Shown piece after piece: positions 11,253 to 23,733 of a stretch of 64,000 nt of DNA. The stretch covers positions 48,484,001 to 48,548,000 of the forward strand of contig OX597831.1 in the NCBI GenBank assembly GCA_951406725.2. The letters are read 5' to 3'. Each line of letters opens with the position of its first letter. Within the stretch, counting starts at the first letter, position 1. The position numbers were made by a program, and so were the translations under genes. Source of the stretch: Octopus vulgaris. Lineage: Eukaryota. Below the pieces are notes generated by a model. That model made no database searches. It was given only the letters and a program-made list of their open reading frames with translations, and was not told the DNA's origin.

Positions 11253-11454
11253 TCAGCACAGGTAGCACAACTATAAAATGTCTGAAAAAAATTACCACAG
11301 ATTCTATAAGCAATGTTGGGCCTCCCATAAGCTTTAATGTACTAAAACCATCTTTTCTGAATATGTTCTGCTGGAATTGGGGTGCATCTAATACACCTGT
11401 GCATTTTTATGCCACTAAGTACCATACATCAGAGATCAATATGTAAAAAATAAA

Positions 11455-11662
11455 GTGGTGAGCTGACAGAAACATTAGTACGCCAGGCGAAATGCTTAGC
11501 AGTATTTCATCTGTCTTTACTTTCTGAGTTCAAATTCTGCTGAGGTCGATTTTGCCTTTCATCCTTTCGGGGTCAATAAATTAAGTACCAGTTGTGTACT
11601 GGGATCGATCTAATCGACTGGCTCACTCCTCAAAAATTTCGGTCCTTGTGCCAAGAGTAGAA
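11455..11662 (+). mobile_element. tRNA-headed SINE with Nin/Deu-like domain (family 3)
   Basis: B-box GAGTTCAAATTC; TTTGCCTTTCATCCTTTCGGGGTCAATAAATTAAGTACCAG resembles the Nin/Deu SINE domain. Confidence 0.8.
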
Positions 11663-11667
11663 TCTGT

Positions 11668-12172
11668 AGTGGAGGAGCATGGCTTAGTGGTTAGGGCGTT
11701 GGACTCAAGATTGTAAAATTGTGGTTTCGATTTCTGGACTGGGCAATTTATTGTGTTCTTGAGCAAAGCACCTTATTTTATGTTGCTTCAGTCCACTCAA
11801 TTGGAAAAAATGAGTAATCCTGCGACAGGCCACTGTCCCATCCAGCGGGGGAATATATATGGCACAGAAACCAGGAAACCAGCCCCGTGAGTCTATACCA
11901 CTCAGGAAAGAACTTTACTTCGTGTGCAGGTGCATGGCTTAGCGTTTAGGGTGTTGGACTCATGATTGTAAAATTGTGGTTTCAATTCCTGGACTGGGGG
12001 ATGCATTGTATTCTTGAGCAAAACCATTTCATTTTATGTTGCTTCAGTTGACTCAGCCGGCAAAAATGAGTAATCCTGTGATGGACTGTCATCCCATCCA
12101 GGTGGAGAATTTATGCACCACAGGAAACCAGCCCTATGAGTGTATACAACTTGTGAAAGAACTTTATTTTTT
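11668..12172 (+). mobile_element. Two tandem family-2 tRNA SINEs
   Basis: Heads CATGGCTTAGTGGTTAGGGCGTTGGACT (~11678) and CATGGCTTAGCGTTTAGGGTGTTGGACT (~11933) with parallel bodies. Confidence 0.8.
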
Positions 12173-13375
12173 ACTCTGAATCTGTGAATACACTTTAACA
12201 GGTTCAGTTTTTGTTTGACTATACCCCAATAAAGATGCAAAAGCAGACAGCCACATGGGTTTGGGATTATGACACACTAATTGGCAGAAACACTATTATT
12301 TTCAGCTGTAAACGCAAAACCATATCACCTCCCACTTTAGCATTTTCCAAGGCTATTGTCAAACAAAACTGCATCCACTAAAGAATACTTGTGGGTTGAA
12401 GAGGGTTAATACTGTAAGTATTGTTGTTTTTTGTTAGCCAGTATTCTTTGAGAATTATGATACTTATGGTGGTTCCTCAAATATTTATAAATGTGTTAAT
12501 GTCTCTGTTATATCATAACATGAATCCATCATGTGCTTACAATTTGTGGTAACTCCTGGTTACCATGTAAACAAAAGTGCCCCGTCATGTAACTTTTACT
12601 ATGAATGTAACTGATGTTGCATCTATAACAATAACAATGATGAAATTTGTATTAGGGAAATCATAGTTTTCATAAATTCAAACTCTTATATGTCCAGTAG
12701 GCTTACATGAAAATGAATTGAATCTTTGTAGAATATTTGTAAAACATCTGGAATAAATATCTCTACTTGTTGACTTCCTTTAGAACCTTATAATCTCTAA
12801 TCTTCACTCTTCGTCATTGTTGCTTGAGTATGGCTTTCAAGTTTTATAGGGATCAATGAAAATTCCCTAAACTAATTGATTAACTGAAAGTAGTGAAATA
12901 AGGCAATGAGTTGATTTAAGTAAATCACTTGATATGCTAATCCAGTTGACAAATCTTGCATTGAATGACTCCATAACTGTCTTATTCACCTTTAAAAGCA
13001 GAGTCATTGGCAAACTCACTTGTCAATATTAGAAATTTTCTCTTAGGGTAAGACTTAACCTTGGCCAGTTACACAAGATATAAGGCCAAAGAGAGGACAT
13101 TGACTCGGTCATCAAGTGTTTGCTTAGATAATGGTATGCTGTATGACAAAATATTGAAACAGTATGTGCATTTTGTTCTTTAAGTTTTAAATCCTGACAG
13201 GGTTCTGTAACTAATGAATTAATTACCATTTCCACTTGCCTTCAACTCATGTGACAACATTGTACTATTTTTTCTCTTCCTTGATTTTTTTTATGTAAAA
13301 TTCTTCATTATGAATGGAAACTGAATGTATTAGATTCTTCTACAGACTAATTTATACTGATGCACATCATCACTA

Positions 13376-14447
13376 GTTTCCTGGGCCTCTCGCTCAGAAT
13401 AATAGGTAGACTGTATGATGCATGTGTACAAACAGTCATCCTACATGGCAGTGAAACATTTGCTGTGACTGTTGAGGACATGCGTAAGGTCACAAATAAT
13501 GAAGCCAGTATGATCCACTGGATGTGTAATGTCAGTGTGCATACTCGACAGAGTGTAAGTACCTTGAGAGAAAAGTTAGACCTAAGAAGCATCAGATGTG
13601 GTGTGCAAGAGAGACGACTGCGCTGGTATGGTCATTTGGCCAGAATGGATGAGGATAGCTTTTTGAAAAAGTGCCACACCCTAGCGGTTGACGGAACCTG
13701 TGGTAGAGGTAGACCCAGGAAGACTTGGGATGAGGTGGTGAAGCATGACCTTCAAACATTAGGCCCCACCGAAGCAATGACTAGTGACCGAGACATTTGG
13801 AAATATGCTGTGCTTGAGAAGACCCGGCAAGCCAAGTGAGACCATAACCTCATGGCCTATGCCAGGAGTGTAACCAGCCCATTTATGCATACTTTTCCTT
13901 CATTGGACACTAAACTCTGCTTGCAAAGACCTGTTGAGGCAAGTGAAAGTGAAATCGAAATCAAATTCAATGACTGGCATCCATGCTAGTGGAACACTAA
14001 GAGCACCATCCGAGCATGATCATTGCCAGAGCAGCAAACTGGTTTTGATGTTGGTGGCACATAAAAAGCACCATTCAAGCATGATCATTACCAGCGTCGC
14101 CTTACTGGCACTTGTGCTGGTGGCACGAGAAAAAATATTAAAGCGAGGTCGTTGCCAGTGCCACTGGACTGGTTCCTGTGCAGGTGACATGTAAAAAACA
14201 CCATTTGAGCATGGCCATTGCTAGTACCGCCTAACTGGCCCTCATGCCGGTGGAACATAAAAACACCCACTACACTCTCGGAGTGGTTGGCATTAGGAAG
14301 GGCATCCAGCTATAGAAACTCTGCCAGTTCAGATTGGAGTCTGGTGCAACCATCTGGTTCGCCAGTCCTCAGTCAAATCATCCAACCCATGCTAGCATGA
14401 AAAGCGGATGATAAACGATGATGATAATGATGACGATGATGATGATG
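13376..14447 (+). mobile_element. 5'-truncated RTE-clade LINE
   Basis: ORF 13360-13839: LYDACVQTVILHGSETFA..RRLRWYGHLARMDED..RGRPRKTW (RTE C-terminus); 3' UTR with repeats; (GAT)n tail. Confidence 0.93.
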
Positions 14448-14892
14448 AGCTGTAAATGTTGAGAATAACAGAAACCATAGAATCATAGCTGTCTCACTGA
14501 CCATATCAATAGAATTATCCAGCGATTTCAGCTGCTTACTATGACAACCAGAAAGGTTTCTGTTACCATAGCAACAGCAAAAATTACTACAGAGATACTT
14601 TCAATACATTTGAAACACTGCTCCTTTGCAATCCCACCAGATAGAGAGAGGTACCTTTTTTTCCATAAAGTTCCCTTCTCAGTTGTGGTTGAGCTTTATA
14701 TATATATATATATGATAGGCTTCTTTCAGTTTCCATCTACTACATCCCTCACTCACAAGGCTTTGGTCAGCCTGAGGCTATAGTAAAAGACACTTGCCCA
14801 AGGTGCTATACAGTGGGACTGAACCCAGAACCATGTGACTGGGAAGCAAGTATTTTGCCATTTAATTTTATATCTAATATATGAAATACCAT

Positions 14893-15190
14893 GAAGGCAT
14901 GTGGTTTAGTGGTTAGCGTGTTCGGCTCACAATTGCAGGGTCATGAGTTCATCTCCCGGCAGTGCATTGTATACTTTAGCAAAACACTTATTTTACACTG
15001 CTTCAGTCCACTGAACTGACAAAAGTGAGTTGTAACTGTAATACATTCTGTGTCATGCTGAATCTCCCTCAGAATTATGCCAAGGGTACACATGTCTGTG
15101 GAGTGCTCAGCCATTTGTACATTAATTTCATGAGCAAGCTGTTCCATTGATCAAACTAAGTGGGACCCTCGTCGTCATAACCAATGGTGT
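14893..15190 (+). mobile_element. Family-2-type tRNA SINE
   Basis: TGGTTTAGTGGTTAG..GAGTTCATCTCC head; similar to 54159-54500. Confidence 0.7.
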
Positions 15191-15191
15191 G

Positions 15192-15737
15192 GGGGCACAT
15201 GGCTTAGTGGTTAGGGTGTCAGCATCGTGATCGTAAGATTGTGGTTTCGATTGCTAGATCAGTTGACGCATTGTGTTCTTGAGCAAAACACTTCATTTCA
15301 TGTTTCTCCAGCTGGCAAAAATGAGTAATGCTGCGATGGACTGGCATCCCGTCCAGCTGGGGAACACATACACCATTGAAACTGGGAAACCGGGCCCATG
15401 AGCCTGGCTAGGCTTTAAAAGGGCGCATTTATTTATTGTGGAGGCACATGGCCTAGTGGTTAGAGCAGCGGAGTCACAGTCAAGGGATCACAGGTTCGAA
15501 TCTCAGATCAGATGATGTGTGTGCTTATGAGCGAAACACCTAGTTCCATGCAGCTCCGGCAAAAGGTAATGGCGAACTTCTGCTGACTCTTTCGCCACAG
15601 CTTTCTCTCACTCTTTCCTCCTGCATCTTTCAGCTCACCTGCGATGGACCGGCGTCCCGTCCAGGTGGGGAACCTATACACCAAGGAAACTGGGAAACCG
15701 GCCCTCATGAGCCAGGCATGGCTCGAGAAGGAACAAA
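15192..15737 (+). mobile_element. Dimeric tRNA SINE insertion flanked by a 16-bp direct repeat
   Basis: CATAACCAATGGTGTG at 15176-15191 and 15738-15753; two tRNA-like heads at ~15192 and ~15440. Confidence 0.8.
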
Positions 15738-15766
15738 CATAACCAATGGTGTGACAGAATATAAAT

Positions 15767-15991
15767 TACCATTTTTAATGACATAAAAGATACATTGACA
15801 TATGAGACGCAACCTTATTTCAGCATCACATATTCAGGAAAAAACTGTTTTAGTGAATTAAAGCATGTAATATTTAAAACAATTTCACTTGAAGGACCCA
15901 GGGTGATATTTTTTTGAGAAAAATAGCTTTTTTTATATATATTTTGGTGGTGGGGTAAAGAGGTGAATCTTAAATGCCAACAAATATGGTA
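15767..15991. mobile_element. Decayed Tc1/pogo-like MITE
   Basis: TACCATTTTT ... AAATATGGTA termini; related ends near 10873, 11370-11420 and 41610-41660. Confidence 0.45.
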
Positions 15992-16998
15992 ACAAAGCAG
16001 GAACTCAGGAATCTACGATCGATCAGACAGCATCTTCAGTGTTTCACCTCTTTAATAAATTAAGTTTATCTTTGAATTCATAGACATCTATCAGTGTTCT
16101 AGAAAAGGAATCATCATAATTGCATATTCCTAAGCTAAGAGATATCAGCAGCATTAAATGGAAGTCTGCAATATCGTTTCTTTTGTTTGTTATTTGTCTT
16201 TTATTTATTTGATTTGATTTTCGATTATTCTAGGTCCATTTATTTTGTGTTAATTATCTCAAATCAATATGAATCATTTGTATGTATATATATATATATA
16301 TATATATACATACATATATATATATATGTATGTATGTATGTATTTTTGTATGTATGTATGTATGTATGTATGTATGTATGTATGTGTGTATACATATGTA
16401 TATGTATATGTATATGTATGTACATATGTGTGAGTCTGTGTATATATATATATATATATAACAGCTTTTGTTCTTTTATTTATGTAGCTTATTTCTTTAT
16501 AAGAAGACTAAGAGTGTGAGAATATTTAGCACGTAAACATATGAAATACTGTGGATGAAAGTTTAAAGTGTTTAAGAAAAACACATGAAGTACTGTGGTT
16601 GTAAAGACTAAATGCAAGTCTATGAGTTCAAACTGTGCTGAAAGTTGTTGTGTGAGAAAACTGCATTATTCTATTTAAATTGGTTTAATAGCAGGAATTG
16701 TTAACATTACAAAAGCCACCCAACTGTAAATTATTATCCTGAACAATTTATATGCAAATATCTAAATGCCAATGTAGTAAGATCAGCGTAGAATCATCGA
16801 GGGAAATAAATGATATAATGGTGCTTTATATGTCAACAAGTCTGTACATTAACTGAGGAAACCAGAGTTCAGAAATGAAAATAGAAACAGATGGAAGAAT
16901 GGTTTTTGTGTTGTTTTGTTATTGTTAACAAATTTTTAACATTGAATAGGACTGATATAAAAAGATGCTTCGTGTGCTAATAAGTTTGACAGTAAATT

Positions 16999-17794
16999 TA
17001 ACTATGTCGTATCTACTTTCTATGTTATATATTTATCAGTTTGTTGAAAAGAAGTATCTAATCATTTAACCTCTCAAGTGGAACTCAAAATTCTCTAAAG
17101 GTGGCTTTGTTTTAACCCTTTGAAATACACAGCCTCTGATTCAAAATAATTTTGGTAATAAGGAATAATTTGGTTTCAGATTTTGGCACAAGGCTGGCAA
17201 GTTCAAGGGAGTGGGTACGTTGATTACATTGACCCCAAGTGTTCAACTGGGACTTATTTTATTGACTCTAAAAGGAGGAAAGGCAATGTCAACTTCAGTG
17301 GAAATTGAACTCAGAACATAGAAGTAAATGAAATGCTGTTAAGCAGTTTGTCCAGCGCGCTAACAGATCTGCCAGCTTGCCGCCGTATTTTGACTGTGTC
17401 ACATTGACTTTCTATATTTTATGTTTATCAGTTTGTTAACAAGAAATATCTAACCATTTAATCTCTCAATTGGGACTCAATATTCTCCAATGGTGGCTTT
17501 TTTTTAACTCCCTTATTCCTGTTGAAATGCACAGATTTTGATTCAAATAATTTTGACAAAAAGGAATAATTTGATTTCAAATTTTGGCTCAAGGCCAGCA
17601 AATTCAGTGGGATGGGTAAGTACATTACATTGATGCCCCAGTGCTCAACTGGTACTTGTTTTATCGACTCTTGAAGGATGAAAGGCAAAGTAACCTCAGT
17701 GGAACTTGAACTCAAAACATTGAGGCAGACAAAAGGCTACTAAGCATTTTGCATTTTGTCCAGCATGCTAACAGTTCTGCCAGCTCACTGCCTT
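16999..17794. repeat. Diverged ~400-bp tandem duplication, each unit ending in a minus-strand family-3 SINE
   Basis: TTTATCAGTTTGTT..TATCTAA.CATTTAA.CTCTCAA.TGG.ACTCAA.ATTCTC..GGTGGCTTT present at ~17032 and ~17423. Confidence 0.8.
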
Positions 17795-18027
17795 ATCAAT
17801 AAAGAATAATTTAGTTAAGTGACTTTATCAGTCTTAGGAGCATAAATAAACATGGAGTTTTAATGGGTAGTTTTAATTTAGATCACTTTAAACCAGGAAG
17901 TTTGCAACATAAAACCAGGGATGGTCTTGGGTGGGATAGTATCAATAGGGCTAAGCTTTGCCTTATATTTTAAGGCAAGAGCATATTAAAAAGCTGTCTG
18001 GAGGCCCCACAAGTTCATGGACCTTCT

Positions 18028-18430
18028 TATTTCTTTATTGCCCACTAAACATAGAGGGGACAAACAAGGACAGACAAAGTGATTAAGTCAATTGCATCAA
18101 CCGCAGTGCGTAACTGGTACTTAATTTATCAACCCCGAAAGGATGAAAGGCAGAATTTGAACTCAGAAATTGAACGTAATGGCAAACAAAATACCTATTT
18201 CTTTACTACCCACAAGGGGCTAAACACAGAGAGGACAAACACGGACAGACAAAGGGATTAAGTCGATTACATCAACCCCAGTGTGTAACTGGTACTTAAT
18301 TTATCGACCCTGAAAAGATGAAAGTCAAAGTCGACCTCGGCGGAATTTGAACTCAGAACGTAATGGTAGACAAAATACTACTAAGCATTTCGCCCAGCAT
18401 GCTAGCGTTTCTGCCAGCTTGATGCCTTAT
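18028..18430 (-). mobile_element. Family-3 (Nin-like) SINE with partial tandem duplication
   Basis: GGTACTTAATTTATC.ACCC.GAAA.GATGAAAG occurs twice; reverse complement of 38141-38376. Confidence 0.85.
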
Positions 18431-18610
18431 TTTCAGGGATCTTCTGTTAATCTATACGTGATCTGGTTGACTGTTAATAAATAAAAATAAGGAGCTGCAG
18501 CCCATTGCTTTGTCTTATGGTGCTATTAATGGACTCTACTCTTTCAGTATACAAGGGAGCCTCTTATGGTGACTTGACGAGGAACAAATAGTTGCCAAAT
18601 CCCTCTTTAA

Positions 18611-18849
18611 CCCTTCAACATTCAAATTACTCTGTCAAACATAATGTTTATTTATTCACATTGTTTTGAATTAATCATGCATTATATCATAGCTTCAAGC
18701 TTTCTGTGATGTGATTTGTTCATTTTCAGAGTGACATTAAAGGATAGGTGTGAGAAGTTGGATCTGGCCATTTGCAACATAAATGGGGTAGAATAAACAC
18801 AAAACGGGTAGAATATTTAGGCCTGATACAACCAGTTTAAATGCTGAAA
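18611..18849. mobile_element. piggyBac-type MITE, family B (other copies ~21689-21907, 24309-24516, 33740-33940, 41367-41584)
   Basis: TTAA|CCCTT..CATTCAAATTACTCTGTCAAA start; sister copies end TAAAGGG|TTAA. Confidence 0.75.
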
Positions 18850-19409
18850 CACATTATATAATGTTATCCAAGATACAGGTGCAGGCATGGCTGTGTGTGT
18901 GTAGTATGAAAGAAAATGGAAATAAAGAAAGCTTCTAACAATGCAGAAAGTTTTACAAAAAGGCTTTATATTTCAGGTGCAAAGCTTTACCTTCAGAAAG
19001 AAGCAGTCCAAAATAGATATATTTACGGTGATTTCATTATTTAATTAAAACCAGTTTTGGGTCTCACCACTTATTTTAATTCTTATAACCTTCTGAAAAT
19101 GAACATTTTTAATGAAGTTTTGCAGAGACAGGTTTTCAATGGATTATACAGTAATTATATAATGGATGAAATTTATAGAAATAATGATATACATTTATTG
19201 TGCATATACAAAGGAGAAACTTGCTTTATTTAATTTGATCTTAAGATAATGAATATATTTCTTTTGAAAATTAGCTTTCATGTCATCATTTTGTATAAGA
19301 ACAAAGAAATTTCATAAAAGTTAAATTAGACTTAGCGACTGAATACCATACTTCTTGACATAAATCAGTGCAGCAGACGTATACTGCCAAAGTACATATA
19401 TATATATAG

Positions 19410-19440
<31 letters not shown>

Positions 19441-19650
19441 ATATTGTATATGACTTGAGATGTTTGCCTTGCCATAATATTTGCTTTCCTCATTAACAAT
19501 TATATATATATATATATACACTATACACATACATATATATGTGTCTGTATTCAAATATCACCATACCAAATCACAGCCTACCAGCAAAGACACAAATACA
19601 TTAAGTATGTGTAGTTGTTAATGATATACATACCTATCTATCTATCTATC

Positions 19651-19689
<39 letters not shown>

Positions 19690-20003
19690 CAACAATAATA
19701 ATGATAAGGATTGTTACAGAGTTGCATAGCATTCCCTTTAATTCTTTTAATATATATATACAGCTTTAGATAGAGCAACACACGTTTCAACTGGACTGAT
19801 TAGTAATCGTTTCAATTGCAACCTACTATCATACCGGTGCAGTTTCTACAGAGAGTCTGATGAGCTGTCCATTTATTCTGTGATAATTGGCCATTTTATG
19901 ACCAGACATATATTTAACTGAATGTAAATACATTACTATTCTTTGATTTAATACATTATAACATGTTTCAGTTCTGAAATGAACCTTATCAAAAAAGTTA
20001 TAT

Positions 20004-20087
<84 letters not shown>

Positions 20088-20290
20088 TCCGGCATTGAGT
20101 CTGATGAGCTGTCCATGCAGCTTATTCTGTGATGCAAAACCATTGGCCATTTTATGACCAGACATATATTTAACTGAATGTAAATACATTACGTACTCTA
20201 TTCCTTACAATCGTTTGCGTTAGGTGGCTTTAATATAGTAGAACGCTGACGTCATCATTATTTTGACCAACGCAGCATTATAAGTTCCCT

Positions 20291-20292
<2 letters not shown>
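19690..20292. mobile_element. TA-flanked PLE-type terminal fragments with a duplicated CTGATGA segment
   Basis: GAGTCTGATGAGCTGTCCAT..TTGGCCATTTTATGACCAGACATATATTTAACTGAATGTAAATACATTAC occurs at ~19853 and ~20097, either side of a (TA)n tract. Confidence 0.55.
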
Positions 20293-20338
<46 letters not shown>

Positions 20339-20469
20339 ATAGCCAGCTGGTGGCGATGTCTTCCTGGGTCTATAAGCTACAGTAGCATCGTCCCTAATGG
20401 GTCAGCCACTTTTAGGTGGCAAATATACATCACGATGTCATGCTGCTACTGTTTATATCTTGCTCAGAG

Positions 20470-20532
<63 letters not shown>

Positions 20533-20689
20533 TATATATACGATGGGCTTCTTTCAATTTCTTTCTACAAGATCCACTCACAAGGCTTTGGTCAGCCCGA
20601 GGCTATAGCAGAAGACACTTGCCCAAGGTACCACACAGTGGAACTGAACCCAGAACCATGTGTGTGTGCATATATACATATGCACATAC

Positions 20690-20880
20690 GTGCAGGTGGC
20701 ATGTAAAAAGCACCCACTACACTCTTGGAGTGGTTGGCATTACAAAGGGCATCCAGCTGTAGAAACTCTGCCAAATCAAGATTGGAGCCTGGTGCAGCCA
20801 TCTGGTTCGCCAGCCCTCAGTCAAAATCGTCCAATCCATGCTAGCATGGAAAGCGGACATTAAACGATGATGATGATGAT
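20690..20880 (+). mobile_element. Short RTE-tail element
   Basis: GGGCATCCAGCTGTAGAAAC..CATGCTAGCATGGAAAGCGGACATTAAACGATGATG. Confidence 0.85.
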
Positions 20881-20964
20881 ATATATATATATATATACGA
20901 ATTTTTTGCTTAATGAGATAAAAACACCAAAGCTGTGTAGATATTAGAACATTTATAAATAGAA

Positions 20965-21018
20965 GGTCTTACAGCTGTTTCAAGGATATTTATTAATTAT
21001 ATCCCTTCATTGGAGACG
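20965..21018 (-). ncRNA. Hammerhead motif (core mutated) in a TA-flanked PLE-type end (20898-21128)
   Basis: Reverse complement GTCT-CCAATGA-AGGGATAT..ATATCCTT-GAAAC-AGCT-GTA-AGAC; 8-bp stem II, palindromic ACAGCTGT stem III. Confidence 0.65.
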
Positions 21019-21135
21019 GTGTGAGAGGATGGTTAAGTCATAGTTAGTTTAGATATGATACAAAAATAGAGAGTGAGGTAGAGGATAGAAAATAGATGTA
21101 AGATATGTAGGGATATTAATAATAGCTATATATAT

Positions 21136-21299
21136 ACGATGGGCTTCTTTCAGTTTCTGTCTACAAGATCCACTCACAAGGCTTTGGTCAGTTCGAGGCT
21201 ATAGCAGAAGACACTTGCCCAAGATACCACACAGTGGGACTGAACCCGGAACCATGTGGTTGATAAGCTAGCTACCTACCACACAGCCACTCCTGCACC
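21136..21299 (-). mobile_element. Family-1 SINE, 5' part
   Basis: ACCACACAGCCACTCCTGCACC head; AGAAGACACTTGCCCAAG body. Confidence 0.85.
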
Positions 21300-22125
21300 T
21301 ATATATATATATATATATATAATATACATATATTTTAAATTTTGAATTATAAGAAGCTATAAAAATGCAAACATTATCAATCCCAAATACTTGCTGTATG
21401 TGTATTGTCTATGCATTCATTAGCTGCAGGGTTACACCATGGTAAATGTCCCTTTAAGATGCTGAGTGTTGAAAAATAATGAATATCTCAAACCAGATGA
21501 AACAACTTGCCGAGTTAGTGATTGAGAAAGGTGTATATCAACATTTTGCTATATTTTGTAGCTCCTCAGCACCAGCTACTTGAGTCACACTGAAATTAAT
21601 TGCAATCGCTTGTTTGTGGTATATATGCAAATAGTGTTGAGTCTATTTGCTGATGGCCATGTGTGCTGTGAAGGAAAAACAAAATTAGTCCTTTAGATTT
21701 CAAATTATTCTGTCAAATGTAATGATTATTTATTCACATTGTTTTAAATTAATCATGTACTATCTTGTAGCTTTGAGATTTTGATGAAGTGATTGCTTAT
21801 TTTAAAATGACACTGTTAGGAAGGTGTGAGAGGCTGAATGTGGCTGGTTAGGATATAAAGCAGGTGGAATATTAAGGTTGGTTATGGCTGGTTTAAATGC
21901 TGAAGGGATAAATTAGGAATTATGTGTGTGTTTGTGTGTGTGTGTGTGCATGTGTGCATGTGTGTGTATGTATGAATGTATCTATATACATAGATACATT
22001 CATACATATACACACACATATTCACACACACATGTGTGCAACAGCGGGAGTTTAACGAGACTTGCATTAGAGCTGAAACCTGAATGGTATAACTCTTGTG
22101 AATTGAGCACATCCAATCATGCGTA

Positions 22126-22178
<53 letters not shown>

Positions 22179-22604
22179 ATGTGTGTGTGTGTATGGAGAG
22201 AGAGAGAGAGAGAAGACCCATCAAGCCAAATAAAATCGCAGTTGTGGCAGATACTGGTTTCACGCAAATAGCACCCATGCCAACAGCATGTAAAAGCACC
22301 TTTCAAACACGGGGCCTCATAGAGGTAAGGACCAAGTCCACTTGGTATTATGCCATGCTCCCTCAGCAACTGCAAGCTGGTGTGTGGTTTGTTAACATAT
22401 CTTTTTCACTTTGTAGTTCTTCAAAAAGAAACTTATAGAAAATGTACTCGACTTAAAATAAGTGCTGAGGTTTATTTGATCTCCTAAACCTTTCAAGATG
22501 GTGCTCCAGCATGACCACAATCCAGTGACTGAAACAAGCAAAACAATAATAGAAGATGCTTGTGTAAATGTGTGTGTGCGTGTGTGTGTATTCTTTTATT
22601 CTTT

Positions 22605-22698
22605 TATTTCTCTCTCTCTCTCTCTTTCTCTGTCTCTCTCTTTTTCTCTCTCTTTCTCTCTCTCTTTCACTCCTTCTCTTTCTCTCTTTCTTTCTCTC

Positions 22699-22773
<75 letters not shown>

Positions 22774-22785
22774 CTCTCTCTCTCG
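22605..22785. repeat. (CT)n polypyrimidine microsatellite
   Basis: Seen directly. Confidence 0.95.
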
Positions 22786-23428
22786 ATATATATGTGTGTG
22801 TGTGTGTGTCTTGACAAAATCACTAACCCAACATTGTTTCCAATAAAAGCATACATATATATATAATTATAAAGAAATTGTTTAATAAACAATATTTAGC
22901 CTCTTTGTATTAAAATATTCTGTAAACATGTTACAGAATCTTCTTCCATACTTAAATGCAAGACATTAAACGACATATGCTTTCTGTACTTAAAACACAT
23001 TGGCACTACTTACCAAAGTTACAAAGAGTAAATCTTCTTAAGAAAAATGTAAACAACAAACTATTACCAAAGTAGTGTTGCCTGATTCCTACTTCTTAGT
23101 TACTGGAAAATTCTATGGCCTGTTTACAAGTACTACATGGTTGTGTGTTTAAGAAGCTTGTTTAGCAACCATGTATGGTCAAGTTCAATCCCACTGCATG
23201 GCACCTTGGACAAGTTTCTTTTCTTACAACCCTATAACAACCGATACCTTATAAATAACTTTAGTTGATTGAAGCTGTATGCATGTTTGCATGAATTTGT
23301 ATTTGTGTTTACCCCAAACACCACCATTTGACAACACCCCAATAACTTAGCAGTTTGGCAAAAAATACCAATAGAATAAGTATCACACTTAAAAAACAAG
23401 TATTGGGATTCAATTTGTTCAACTAAAT

Positions 23429-23733
23429 CAGTGATTTTCATCTGGGGTCCATATGTACTTCAGGGGTCCAGATGGACTCTGGAGGTCCATATGGACTTTG
23501 GGGTCTATATGGGCTTTGGGGGTCCATGCAAGATTTTATTGTTAAAGTTTATGTGTTTGGTTATGCTTCTACAATACACAAAATATTTTAACAATATTTT
23601 TTTATACAATTCCTAATTTTTAATTATAAAAATACAACAGGAATTTTTTAAGCATCAGATGACTATGGGAGTCCAGTTGAGTAAAATAAGCATCATAGGG
23701 TTCCATAGACAAAAAAGTGGTTGAGAACCCCTG
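23429..23733. mobile_element. hAT (Charlie-like) MITE inserted in a decayed family-1 SINE
   Basis: CAGTGATTTTCA ... GGTTGAGAACCCCTG termini; 8-bp flanks AACTAAAT/AACAAAAC; internal GGGGTCCA repeats. Confidence 0.7.

Noticed and set aside
13360-13839. 159-aa ORF as a host gene
   Set aside because: C-terminal fragment of an RTE reverse transcriptase, with a second copy at 1733-2935
16025-16048. CTGAAGA on the minus strand as a hammerhead core
   Set aside because: No stem II/GAAA/stem III arrangement follows
18989-19093. Minus-strand exon-like segment (TTTTCAG|..GAAG|GTAAAG); also an acceptor near 38027 and a donor near 32370
   Set aside because: Stops in all frames or no matching partner site; such signals are expected by chance in AT-rich DNA
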